The translations under genes and the position numbers were made by a program. Below, one piece after another: positions 28,969 to 38,353 of a stretch of DNA of 64,000 bases. The first letter of the stretch is position 1; every line of letters begins with the position of its first letter. Where the stretch lies: NCBI GenBank assembly GCA_039714535.1, contig JBDLJC010000006.1, positions 18,925-82,924 on the forward strand, given 5' to 3'. The notes under the pieces were generated by a model. It was not told where the DNA came from. It searched no databases and saw nothing but the letters and a program-made list of their open reading frames with translations. Source of the stretch: Thermodesulfobacteriota bacterium (GTDB lineage Bacteria; Desulfobacterota; Desulfobulbia; Desulfobulbales; JAGXFP01).

Positions 28969-29314
28969 AGTTGTCGGTTTCGCGCACCTGGACGCTGTAT
29001 GGCGCGTAGTTGTCGGTGGTTAGAATTTTCTTGAGATTTTCGAAGATATATATGGCGATGTTTTCAGAGGAAGGGTTGCGGTCCTGGAAAGCAGGATGTT
29101 CGTTTAAATCGATGTGGTCAAGGGTGTCGACCACCTTCTTGACGCCGTCCTTGGCGACTCTGAAGTCCAGGGCCATGCCCAACTCGTCAAGTTTTTCGGC
29201 CCGGATCGTCACTTCTATCTTCCAGTTATGGCCGTGGGGCCTCTCGCAGTTGCCGGGGTAGTCGCGAAGATGATGACCTGCTGAAAAATGGGATTTTACA
29301 AAAATATCGAACAT
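28931..29314 (-). CDS. queD: 6-carboxytetrahydropterin synthase
   Basis: HFSAGH, CERPHGHNW, DTLDHIDLN, NPSSENIA, VRET. Confidence 0.92.
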   Translation of the reverse strand: MFDIFVKSHFSAGHHLRDYPGNCERPHGHNWKIEVTIRAEKLDELGMALDFRVAKDGVKKVVDTLDHIDLNEHPAFQDRNPSSENIAIYIFENLKKILTTDNYAPYSVQVRETDNCGVIYREDPAAA

Positions 29315-29502
29315 TTTTTTCTCCTCTTGGGCTAACGGAAGTTTTAATCTGATCTGGTGTGAACAGTCGGATTTTGTTTAAATATATAAAGCTTGAAAGT
29401 CAGGCCGTTTTTGACTACAAAGTGTCATGTTTTCTGACAAAAACGCAAGGTAATTCTACACAAGATTCCTGTTCGTTCAACTTATAATTTGGAGCTTACT
29501 CT

Positions 29503-30861
29503 GTGGCCATTATCGCCCCTTTCAGCGGTCTCCGCTATAATACCGCCAAGATATCCCGCCTTGAAGACGTGGTGACCCCGCCCTACGATGTCATCGATTT
29601 GCAGGCGCAGCAGGATTTAATGCAGAAGAATCCCTACAGCATGATCAAGCTTGATCTTAGCAAGAACGTCAAGCCGGACGAGATGACGTCCGAGCGCTAT
29701 GACGACTCGTGCAAGCTGCTGGAGGATTGGCAGGATGAAGGAGTCCTGGCCAGGGATGCGCAGCCGACCATCTATCTTTACTATGTCGATTACAATCATC
29801 CTTCCGGCCGTCGCCTGACCCGCAAAGGGCTGGTTGGCCTGGTCGGACTGGCTGAATTTTCGGAAGGTATTGTCAAGCCGCACGAAAAGTTTTTCCGGAA
29901 TGTCGTCACTGATCGCTTGCGTTTACTCGATACCTGTCGCACCCAGTTCAGTCAGGTCTTTTCTGTTTATTCAGATAAAGAAAATGAGGTGATGGGTCTG
30001 CTGGAGGATGCCCGTGATCCTGAACCTCTTTGCGCCTGCGATGATCTGGACGGCTGTCATCATGTTCTCTGGCAGGTAACTAATCACCAGGCGATTGCCA
30101 GAGCCCAGGAATTGCTCGCCGATAAAAGCCTCTATATCGCTGATGGCCACCACCGCTACAATACCGCTTTGCAGATGCGGGAACTGATGGCCGAGCGCCA
30201 GGGTGGAGTGGCAGTGGACAGCCCCTTTAATTTCATTATGATGTATCTCTGTGGTATGGAAGATCCCGGTCTTTCAGTACTGCCGACCCATCGCCTGGTC
30301 CGGCTGGGTGATGTTCCCCCCGATGAGGTAGTTGCCAAATTGGCTCCGGGCTTTAAGGTCGAAGAGATAGCTGGTGGCACCCGTGAGGTGCTGCTGTCAG
30401 AGGTTCTGGGTCAAATGGATGAAAATAGAGGTACTGGCAATGTTTTTGGTTTCTATCATCCCGGTGAGGACCGCTGCTTTTTGCTGGTCATGAAAGAAGG
30501 GGCGATGGAGGCGGCTGGTTACGGTGACATGCCGACGCCCCTTCGTGAGCTTGATGTCGTGGTGCTGTCCGAACTGCTCCTGGCCAAATACCTGGATCTG
30601 GATCATGACAGATGTGAGAATGATAACCTGATCGACTATTTTAGTGACCCGGACGATGCCCTTGACCGTGCAGTCAAGGAAAGTGGTGAGACCGGTGCGA
30701 CCAGTGCGATCTTTCTGATGAACAACACCGAGGTTGCCCAGGTCAAGAATGTTGCCGATGCCGAACTGGTTATGCCCCATAAATCAACCTACTTCTATCC
30801 CAAGATCCTGACCGGGCTGGTGATGAACCGGATGGTTGAGGGCGAGAAGGTTGACATCTGA
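29503..30861 (+). CDS. DUF1015-family protein
   Basis: VVTPPYDVI, VKPHE, YIADGHHRYNTA, MPHKSTYFYPKILTGL. Confidence 0.85.
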   Translation: MAIIAPFSGLRYNTAKISRLEDVVTPPYDVIDLQAQQDLMQKNPYSMIKLDLSKNVKPDEMTSERYDDSCKLLEDWQDEGVLARDAQPTIYLYYVDYNHPSGRRLTRKGLVGLVGLAEFSEGIVKPHEKFFRNVVTDRLRLLDTCRTQFSQVFSVYSDKENEVMGLLEDARDPEPLCACDDLDGCHHVLWQVTNHQAIARAQELLADKSLYIADGHHRYNTALQMRELMAERQGGVAVDSPFNFIMMYLCGMEDPGLSVLPTHRLVRLGDVPPDEVVAKLAPGFKVEEIAGGTREVLLSEVLGQMDENRGTGNVFGFYHPGEDRCFLLVMKEGAMEAAGYGDMPTPLRELDVVVLSELLLAKYLDLDHDRCENDNLIDYFSDPDDALDRAVKESGETGATSAIFLMNNTEVAQVKNVADAELVMPHKSTYFYPKILTGLVMNRMVEGEKVDI

Positions 30862-31594
30862 GCAACGGTTCCAACAAGATACCACTGAATCCCTGTTTGG
30901 CGGCCGCCTGACCTGCCGCCAACATCTCCATGGCTACCGGTTTTCCCAAGACCCGGTGTTGTTGGCCCATTTCTTTACCCCTTCCCCCAATGAACATATC
31001 CTTGATCTCGGTGCTGGCTGTGGGATTATTGCTCTGATCCTTGCCTATCGCTGGCCCGGTCTGTCTCTTACTGCACTTGAGGTGCAGCCCGGTCTGGCCG
31101 AGTTGGCCCAGGGCAATGTTGCCAGGAATGATTTAGGTGGTCGGGTGCAGGTCGTTGCAGGAGATCTTAGGAAGGTTGAAGGTCTGTTCCCTCCGGAAAG
31201 TTTTGAGCGGGTGGTCTGCAATCCGCCGTATCACAAAGTTGGTGCGGCACGGCCCAATCCCGAGCCTGAACAGGCCAGTGCCCGTCATGAAATAATGGCT
31301 AATCTCGAAGAGATAGTTAAGGCTGTTGAGTGGTTGCTGGTTGAGGGGGGGAGGGCGGATTTTGTCTATCCGGTTGATCGGGCGGCTGAGTTGCAGGATA
31401 CCCTTAAGGCCAACGGTTGCGCACCCGTGCGTTTGCAGGAAATCCACAGCTATCCGCATGGGCCATGCCGTCTGGTTTTGCTGGAGGCGGTTAAGGGTGG
31501 TGTTTGTGCTCTGGAGACTCTGCCGCCCTTTTATGTTCAGACTGGGCCGGAATGTGAATATACCCCGGCGATGGCGAAGTTTTATGCACCTTAA
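30851..31594 (+). CDS. tRNA1(Val) A37 N6-methyltransferase-like (YfiC/TrmN) SAM methyltransferase
   Basis: GYRFSQDPVLL, LDLGAGCG, VVCNPPY, ARHE. TTG start at 30851 is probable; the track starts at 30836. Confidence 0.75.
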   Translation: MTSEQRFQQDTTESLFGGRLTCRQHLHGYRFSQDPVLLAHFFTPSPNEHILDLGAGCGIIALILAYRWPGLSLTALEVQPGLAELAQGNVARNDLGGRVQVVAGDLRKVEGLFPPESFERVVCNPPYHKVGAARPNPEPEQASARHEIMANLEEIVKAVEWLLVEGGRADFVYPVDRAAELQDTLKANGCAPVRLQEIHSYPHGPCRLVLLEAVKGGVCALETLPPFYVQTGPECEYTPAMAKFYAP

Positions 31595-31615
31595 AGGTAA
31601 ATGAAACGTGTGCCA

Positions 31616-31706
31616 AAGATCTCTCACTTCGTTCGAGGTAAGCGAAGACTCCGAATGACATTTTTTTTTCTGTCCTCTCTAACGGCGAATCCGGAGAGAT
31701 CTTGTT
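31616..31706. repeat. Degenerate right and left halves of the TGTCATCTCGA/GGAGAGATCT palindromic repeat
   Basis: AAGATCTCTCACTTCGTTCGAG...ATGACA (31616-31660) and TGTCCTCTC...GGAGAGATCTTGT (31671-31705) resemble the arms at 39110-39196. Confidence 0.6.
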
Positions 31707-31782
31707 GTTGCTAGCGTTGCTGGACTTTCATTTCGCGAATTTAAACAACCACCGACTTCATGCCGATGGTTGTTTAGTTCTC

Positions 31783-33534
31783 TCAGCCTTCGGCCGCGAG
31801 TTCGGCCATGTGCTCCTGGGCAAAGGTGATGGTCGGATCCATCGACAGGGCCAGGGCCAGGGATTTCATCGCCTCTTCATTCTTGCCGAGCTTCCGGTAG
31901 TTGACACCAAGATTTGCATAATCAATCGCCGAATTCGGGGCCAGATGCACTGCCCTGGAAAAATGATGGACCGCCGCTTCATGGTCGGCCAGCTTGAAGT
32001 AGCAGAAGCCCAGCAGGTTGTGTAGATCCGGCCTTTCATCGTCGTGGTTGGTGCCTTGCTTGAGTGTTGCGATGGCCTCGTCGTACTGCTCCATATCCTT
32101 CAGGCAACTACCCATGAAGGAGTGGATATAGGGAATGTCCTCCTCGTCCGGGTTGAGTTCAAGGGCCTGGCGCAGACGGGGCAGGGCCTCATCAGGTCTG
32201 CCGATATTGTAGAGATTCTGGCCCAGGTAGAATTCGATAAAGTATGAGGCTGGGGCCAGCTTTTCGAGGCGGCTGAAATGGAGTGTCTTTTCTTCGGGGT
32301 CATCAATCAGTTCATTTACCAATTTGGCGGCAAACAGGCCGGCGTTGCTAACCATCGATCGTTCCCGGAAATGGGCGCCGGGGACGATAGTGTAGATGGT
32401 CGGAATCTGCAGTTCCGGGTGCATGGTGTTGACAACCAATACCTCCATGTCCAGTTTTCGCAGGGCCTCAATGCAGCGCTCATCCTCGACCCGAATATTG
32501 TCGTCATTGAGGTCGGTCATCTCCTGGATGGTTATGGTGGAGCCGGGGTTAGTGATGTATTTAACCTCATCCATGCTCAACGGTTTGGGCAGACCCGAGG
32601 CCACGTAATTGGCCTTGCTGTTAAAGTCTCCGGCCAGTTGGGCTACTTCGGTCAGAGCTCGGATCAGGGCTTTTTCTGGATTAGGGGTGGTGCCGGCCGT
32701 GAAAACTATCTCGCTGGACTCCGGAAAGGTCGATGGATCGATGGCGAGGGCGCCGACGGTCGGGATGCCGGTGTCCAGGGTGAAGTCGTTCAGGTAAACC
32801 TCGATGCCGTTTTTGGCGAATTTGTCGAGCAGTTCGCGGGCCACCGGATCTTTAACGCTGTCGTGGTCGATGAGGGGCGTCTTGATCTGTTGGCGGCAGA
32901 TCAGCGAACAGACGTGCCGCTCGACGATCTCGGAGATCCCCTGGTTAACGGACTCCTCGTAGGTGTTGCCGGCTGAGGGGCCGTTGAATTCGTTGATGGC
33001 GTAGAACCAGGAGAACGGCACCAGCACTTCCTCGCCACCAGCGGACAGGTTGGTGGCCCAGACCCATTGCATGGTGATACCCTCCAGCATTTTAGCCAGC
33101 AGCTCCGGCGAGGTGTTGTCGTCGTGGACCGATTGCAGGAGTCGTTTTAAGGGCAGGACCGGCTGCCCTTCAGCCTGCAGGTCTTCGTAGGTGCCGGTGA
33201 CAAAGTTGGCCGGGTTCTGCTTGAAGCTGAAAAAGCTGAATCTTTCGCCAAGTTCCATGCAGGCGCTGGCCCGGGATTGTTCGGGAGTGCTGCCTTTACC
33301 CATCTGTTTCTTGTTGCCGATGGTATTCAGGGCATCCTTGCCGCAGACACTGAAATAAACCGGGATATCCAGGCGGCCATTGTCGATTCGGCGGATCTCT
33401 TTGAGAATATCGAGCTTGACATGTTTGAGCCGATCCTGAAATTTGCTGACGGTCTCTTCGGGACTCATGGCCTTGTCCTGGTCGTAGGTGTAGGTCTTGA
33501 AGCAATCTTTTAACTCTATCTTTCGGTTCTGCAT
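31783..33534 (-). CDS. YcaO-family protein fused to C-terminal TPR repeats
   Basis: MGKGSTPEQSRASACMELGERFS, NGPSAGNTYEES...EIVERH, ALIRALTEVAQ. The last roughly 150 aa are TPRs (YLGQNLY..., NLLGFCYFKL, NLGVNYRKLG). Confidence 0.85.
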   Translation of the reverse strand: MQNRKIELKDCFKTYTYDQDKAMSPEETVSKFQDRLKHVKLDILKEIRRIDNGRLDIPVYFSVCGKDALNTIGNKKQMGKGSTPEQSRASACMELGERFSFFSFKQNPANFVTGTYEDLQAEGQPVLPLKRLLQSVHDDNTSPELLAKMLEGITMQWVWATNLSAGGEEVLVPFSWFYAINEFNGPSAGNTYEESVNQGISEIVERHVCSLICRQQIKTPLIDHDSVKDPVARELLDKFAKNGIEVYLNDFTLDTGIPTVGALAIDPSTFPESSEIVFTAGTTPNPEKALIRALTEVAQLAGDFNSKANYVASGLPKPLSMDEVKYITNPGSTITIQEMTDLNDDNIRVEDERCIEALRKLDMEVLVVNTMHPELQIPTIYTIVPGAHFRERSMVSNAGLFAAKLVNELIDDPEEKTLHFSRLEKLAPASYFIEFYLGQNLYNIGRPDEALPRLRQALELNPDEEDIPYIHSFMGSCLKDMEQYDEAIATLKQGTNHDDERPDLHNLLGFCYFKLADHEAAVHHFSRAVHLAPNSAIDYANLGVNYRKLGKNEEAMKSLALALSMDPTITFAQEHMAELAAEG

Positions 33535-33605
33535 GGTTTCCTCGTTTTATTCTTGACTTTCAGGTAACTTAAAGCTGAGTTAAGCCGCTTGTCGGCTTAA
33601 ACGAA

Positions 33606-33653
33606 ACTTATACCCCACAAGGGGGTACTGAAAAGAGTGCCCTTGTGGTATAA
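33606..33653. repeat. 48 bp TA-TACC...GGTA-TA palindromic mini-element, copy 1
   Basis: ACTTATACCCCACAAGGGGGTACTGAAAAGAGTGCCCTTGTGGTATAA; shares a 23 bp identical core with 45081-45127. Confidence 0.7.
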
Positions 33654-33750
33654 AACTCCGGGCAAATCGGGGGCGCCTAATGTACCTCATTATCGTCTTT
33701 TTTCCCATCATGATTTTGCCTTGCGCAACTGTAAATGGAATGAAGCTTAT

Positions 33751-33765
33751 TACCACATTGTGGTA
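33751..33765. promoter_or_regulatory. Perfect palindrome TACCACA-T-TGTGGTA, putative operator copy 1
   Basis: An identical 15-mer occurs at 35945-35959; both are intergenic. Confidence 0.55.
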
Positions 33766-34200
33766 GACAAGGCAACCGGCTAGAATGATTATCCGGCTAT
33801 TGTTATGGACTAGGGGGTAGGTCTGAAAAACTGTCGCGCCCTTGGGGCGTTGCCCGGATGGCTTTGACTTGCCAGAAAAACCTTGCCCAAAGAATGGTGA
33901 CACGTTAAACACCACTTGGTTGTATTGGCTGCCGTTGGATGCGGAAGATCGCTGCCGATCCCCCGTTTTTTGCTAATGACGGACTTGGCGTTTCGGTTTT
34001 TCTCCTCTGTGTCAGTGGAGTTTCCGCCTGCTTCGCTTGCCGGGAGAGAACTTATAATCAAGGGCTTCTGCAAGGGTAGTATTTCTCCGGTTCTGCTGTT
34101 CTGGATGACCAGAGAGTCGATCGTTATGGTGTAGCCTTACCGGTGACGGAGTTATATCCCAGCCCCGCTGGGCCTGATTAATAAGAGAGAATATAGAGAC

Positions 34201-35778
34201 ATGGATATGAAGATAAGCTGCCGAATTATTTTGCTGGCCTGTTTGACTGTTTTGTTTGCGGTCCCCTCTGCGTCTGCCCAGGAAAAGGTCAAGCCCCAAC
34301 TGGCTATTCTGCCCTTTACCCTGAATGGCGCCGGTGATCTCGCCTATTTAAAAGAAGGGATCCGAACCATGCTGGCTAGCCGTATTGGGGCCCGGGCCGA
34401 GGTGGTGGTGATTGATCAGGCCGAGGTCGGGAAGGTTGTTGCCGGCCAGCTCGGCTCTGATCCTGCCGCAGTCGTGAAAACTCTTGCTGCCGACTTGGTT
34501 CTGACCGGCAGCATCACCGCCCTTGGGGGCAGTGTCAGTATTGATGCCCGATTGCTCACGATTGCCACGGATGATTCGGCAGGTTTTTTTGCCGTTGCCG
34601 AAAACCAGAGCGGGATAATCGGCGCCGTTGACCAGTTGGCCTCGGGCATTACCGCGAATATATTGGCAGAGGGTCGACTGACCCGGTCAAGCGATCAGGG
34701 CACGATTATTTCGCAACCATTGCCAGCTGCCGAACCCGGCCCGGAAACTTCAGCGGCGTCTTTGTCCGGCCCGCCCTTATCTGCCACCCGTAGTCAGTTT
34801 CTGGATATGGAAGTGCAGGTCATGGATGTTGGTGATGTCTTTGGCGATGGTGATGAAGTATTGGTGCTGGCCGAAAAACAGAAAATTTCTTTTTATCGCC
34901 AGGAAGGCAACCTTCTGGTTGGAGCCGGAGCAATAACCGATGGCCCCAAATTTGCTCGGGTGGTGGCCCTTAATCTGGCCGATTTGAACGGTAACGGTAG
35001 AGCCGAAGTATATGTGAGCGCCTCTTCCGGCAATGGTCCATCTTCATATGCCATCGAGTGGAACGGTGAGTCGTTTGTCCGGTTGTTTGACCGACAGCGC
35101 TGGTATGTAAGGCCACTGGAGTTGCCCGGCCAAGGGTTTGTTTTGGCCGGACAGCAGGCTGGGAGCGAGGGGCCGGTTAACCCTGGCATCTATAAGCTGA
35201 CCCATGAGGATGGCAAGTTGCAGAAAGGAGGGAATCTTGGTGTGCCTGAAGAGGTAAACCTCTATGATTTTGTGATGGCCGACTTTACCGGTGACGGACA
35301 GACGGAAATTGCTGTTCAGACCCAGGAAAGGGAATTGCTACTCTATAATCGGGAAGGGGATGTTCTCTGGCGAGGGAGAGGTAAATACGGTTTTACCCGG
35401 CGTTTTATCGGAGAGGCCTCCGGAGTTATCAGCGACCAGCCGACCAACTTCCAGGTGTTGACCCGCCTGGTCGCGCGGGATGTTGATCGGGACGGTCGTC
35501 CGGAATTGATCGCCATGAAAGACCCTGAAGGGCTCGGCGCCTCGCTTAAGACCGTAGGCAGTTTTACCGGTGGGGCGATAAATATTATGCGCTGGAATGG
35601 CGTAACTTTTGATGAGCAATGGTCTTCCAGCGAGATTGGCAGCTATCTGGCAACATTTCAGGTAAACGGTGCGGGCAGTCGGCTTTATTTGGGACTGGTC
35701 AGCAAAAAAGCCGGCCTGCTGTTCAGCTCTTACCAAAGCGTTGTGGCCGGATTTGATTTATTCAGCACGGTGGAATGA
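34201..35778 (+). CDS. Exported protein: TolB-N/CsgG-like N-domain plus FG-GAP/VCBS repeats
   Basis: Signal peptide (ASA-Q), LAILPF...ADLVLTGSI, and repeats GDVFGDG, ADLNGNGRAE, ADFTGDGQTE, RDVDRDGRPE. Confidence 0.75.
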   Translation: MDMKISCRIILLACLTVLFAVPSASAQEKVKPQLAILPFTLNGAGDLAYLKEGIRTMLASRIGARAEVVVIDQAEVGKVVAGQLGSDPAAVVKTLAADLVLTGSITALGGSVSIDARLLTIATDDSAGFFAVAENQSGIIGAVDQLASGITANILAEGRLTRSSDQGTIISQPLPAAEPGPETSAASLSGPPLSATRSQFLDMEVQVMDVGDVFGDGDEVLVLAEKQKISFYRQEGNLLVGAGAITDGPKFARVVALNLADLNGNGRAEVYVSASSGNGPSSYAIEWNGESFVRLFDRQRWYVRPLELPGQGFVLAGQQAGSEGPVNPGIYKLTHEDGKLQKGGNLGVPEEVNLYDFVMADFTGDGQTEIAVQTQERELLLYNREGDVLWRGRGKYGFTRRFIGEASGVISDQPTNFQVLTRLVARDVDRDGRPELIAMKDPEGLGASLKTVGSFTGGAINIMRWNGVTFDEQWSSSEIGSYLATFQVNGAGSRLYLGLVSKKAGLLFSSYQSVVAGFDLFSTVE

Positions 35779-35893
35779 GAATAGCTTAATAGTGGTTTTT
35801 ATTGCACATTTTGATAGATGTGGGTTTTTTTCGCCACAGAGTTTTGCTCAGTTATCTGGCTGAAATTCCGTGTTTATGGTCCTTGCGTGGTTG

Positions 35894-35909
35894 TGGCATG
35901 GACATTGCA
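35894..35909 (+). promoter_or_regulatory. Sigma-54 (-24/-12) promoter candidate upstream of the porin
   Basis: TGGCATGGACATTGCA has the exact GG-N10-GC spacing. Confidence 0.55.
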
Positions 35910-35944
35910 AAAAGAACAATGAAATTTAATATTGTTGCGCAGTG

Positions 35945-35959
35945 TACCACATTGTGGTA
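35945..35959. promoter_or_regulatory. Perfect palindrome TACCACA-T-TGTGGTA, putative operator copy 2
   Basis: Identical to 33751-33765. Confidence 0.55.
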
Positions 35960-36182
35960 ACAGTCTATTCGGTTCTGGGCTGTGATATAGTTGAAAACAT
36001 TAAATATTAAAGTATTACAGTTTTTTAAAAAAGGGTTTCAAAAAACTTGACAATGTTAGGCGTCAAGGGTAGTACAAGGCTAATAAATTTGTGTTTTGAG
36101 TTGGTTTATCCAGCTTTGCTGGACGGTCATTGCAACTGCAAAGATCGATTAACCTGCTAAATCTAACAAAAGGAGAACAAGG

Positions 36183-37451
36183 ATGAAGAAAGCGTTAAGT
36201 TTTGCAGTTGCTCTTGGTTTGGTTGCTGGTATGGCTTCTTCTGCCGTAGCAGCCGATATGAGCTGGACGGGAGATGCCCGCCTCCGTGGTGTTTATAAGA
36301 ACAATACCACTGATGCGACGGACATCAACTTTGATCATATCCAGCATTTTGATCACCGTTATCGTCTCAATGGTACTGTTACCGTTAATGAAGATGTGAA
36401 GGTCAAAACTCGCATTGTCCTTGGCGATAATAAATTTGGTGGCGCACTGACTTCGGTTGCTGGAACGAACCCTTATGCCAATAGTGCGAAACTGAATCAC
36501 TATGTTGATCGCGCCTATATGGACATCAAGACTCTCGGCGGTACTGTCAGCTTGGGTCGGATGAACGCCAGCTGGGGCAATAAGTTTGCCGGTTGGGGTT
36601 CAACTGTTGACCGGATCAAGTATACCGGCAAAGCAGGTAACCTGACCTATGCTGCCTATCTCCAGAAAAGCATTGAAGACGATGCCATGACTATCGGCAA
36701 TGGTGATGGCGACAAGGATGTTTACGGTGCCTTGGTAGTTGGCAAGGCCGGCGACACCAAATGGGGTGTCATCGCTAACTACATCTATGATGACACAAAA
36801 GCTGCTTCTACTCCTGCAGGTGAATCTGCTGGCGGCTATCAGTTGGATGCTTTTGTTAATGCCAAGGCCGGACCTGCTAACGTCATGGCTGAGCTTCTGT
36901 TCAAGGGTGGTGATGCCAACGATAACGCTAATAAAGATGACTACTTCGGTGGTTTTGTTGGCGCGTCCATGAACATCACCGACCAGATGTCTGCTAAGGG
37001 ACTGATCGCATACTACGATGGCAACATGGGTGACTCCAGTCCATCTCGTGACTGCGACAACGATTTTGCTCCGACTCTGTTGATCGGTACCTGTAACGAG
37101 ACCGCAATCGTTGACTTTGGTGGCACAACCAATGACACCTCCGACAGCACCTATCTGATCGCAGGCGGGGCTGACATGAAGGTGAGCGACAAGCTCTCCT
37201 TTGGTGCCGGACTGGCCTACCTGATGGCTTCTGAGCAAGGTAACGATACCACTGGCCTCATCGGTCGGATAGACGGCGATGCTCCAGGGACACAGGAAGC
37301 AACCCTTGTCGAAGTGGACCTGACCATGAAGTATGCCTTGGCCCAGAATGCAACCTACTCTTTGGGAGTTGCTTACGGTATGGTTGATGGCTTCTCAGTT
37401 GCTGATGACGAAATGTTGGTTATCGGTAACAGGGTTGATGTTAAGTTCTAA
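36183..37451 (+). CDS. Major outer-membrane porin (beta-barrel)
   Basis: Strong SD AAGGAG, signal peptide (AVA-A), alternating beta-strand pattern, C-terminal VDVKF, strongly biased codon usage. Confidence 0.82.
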   Translation: MKKALSFAVALGLVAGMASSAVAADMSWTGDARLRGVYKNNTTDATDINFDHIQHFDHRYRLNGTVTVNEDVKVKTRIVLGDNKFGGALTSVAGTNPYANSAKLNHYVDRAYMDIKTLGGTVSLGRMNASWGNKFAGWGSTVDRIKYTGKAGNLTYAAYLQKSIEDDAMTIGNGDGDKDVYGALVVGKAGDTKWGVIANYIYDDTKAASTPAGESAGGYQLDAFVNAKAGPANVMAELLFKGGDANDNANKDDYFGGFVGASMNITDQMSAKGLIAYYDGNMGDSSPSRDCDNDFAPTLLIGTCNETAIVDFGGTTNDTSDSTYLIAGGADMKVSDKLSFGAGLAYLMASEQGNDTTGLIGRIDGDAPGTQEATLVEVDLTMKYALAQNATYSLGVAYGMVDGFSVADDEMLVIGNRVDVKF

Positions 37452-37485
37452 TTTCTATTAGCAGCTTAATTGATTTGCTCTTGAG

Positions 37486-37518
37486 AGGGGGCGGCCGAGA
37501 GGCCGTCCCTTTTTTTTT
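37486..37518 (+). terminator. Rho-independent terminator after the porin
   Basis: AGGGGGCGGCC-GAGA-GGCCGTCCCT followed by a T run. Confidence 0.88.
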
Positions 37519-37790
37519 GTGGCAAGAAGTGGCGCCTGCTTTTTTGTCATTAGAGTGTTGGAGAAAATCGTAAAATCTTCATTGCAATCTTAAACGCAGG
37601 ATTTCTCGTTCAACATGGGATGACAACTGGATAGGGGCCAGTTTTATCGTTTTGGTCCATCCCGCCATTAAAGCCTTTGCCTGTTTCCTGGACAAAATTA
37701 TCCAAAGTCATAAAAGCACTGGTCTAATCCTTTATTAATAATTAATATTGATGGCATGAGATGGGTGAAAACTTCAGCAGGAGAATAACC

Positions 37791-38339
37791 ATGCAAAAAT
37801 TATATCTGTGCTTGTTTCTGTTAATCCTGGTTGGCGGCTGTGCCACGCCGAGAGTCCCTTTCCCTGAGTCCGAACTTGACGGCCTGCAGCTTAAAGGAGA
37901 TAAAACAGTCAGGGGCCGGGTTTTTTTGGTTGACCAGCTTGAAGAAGAACAGATTGGGGCAGGTTTCGAAGTGACCTTGGAGCCGGTCTCTTCCTATAGT
38001 GACCAGTGGTATGAAGTTGTCTATCTGAATAATAGATCATTAAAAAAAGCTGATCCGCAATACAATAACTATGTTCTGAGAGTTGAAGCGGATGAACAGG
38101 GGAAATATATATTGAATAATGTGGCTCCTGGTGATTATTATCTGAGTAGCCCATTTTTCTGGAAGGCTATTACCTGCAGTGCCAATATTGCTACGACAAA
38201 GATATTGATCAGTAAGAAAATTTCCATAAAGGCAAGTGACAGAGTTTTGGAAATTCCGCTGACCAAGGAATTCACCAGTCCTACCCTTATCTGTGATCTT
38301 TACAATCAGGGTGACTGGGAAAAGGAAGATCCTTTATAG
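37791..38339 (+). CDS. Lipoprotein with carboxypeptidase-regulatory-like (transthyretin-fold) domain
   Basis: ATG at 37791 after AGGAG, lipobox VGGC, ADEQGKYILNNVAPGDYYL. Confidence 0.7.
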   Translation: MQKLYLCLFLLILVGGCATPRVPFPESELDGLQLKGDKTVRGRVFLVDQLEEEQIGAGFEVTLEPVSSYSDQWYEVVYLNNRSLKKADPQYNNYVLRVEADEQGKYILNNVAPGDYYLSSPFFWKAITCSANIATTKILISKKISIKASDRVLEIPLTKEFTSPTLICDLYNQGDWEKEDPL

Positions 38340-38353
38340 TGGTTTTTTGACCT

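Noticed and set aside
28297-29314. queD/queE as part of a 7-deazaguanine DNA-modification (dpd) defence system
   Set aside because: No dpdA/tgt-like or other dpd gene is nearby, and the codon usage is host-like. Ordinary queuosine biosynthesis is the simpler explanation.
33810-34073. Minus-strand 87 aa ORF with CLTCH (CXXCH) upstream of ycaO, considered as a cytochrome or RiPP precursor
   Set aside because: TTG start, no signal peptide and low-complexity composition. A single CXXCH is expected by chance among this many spurious ORFs.
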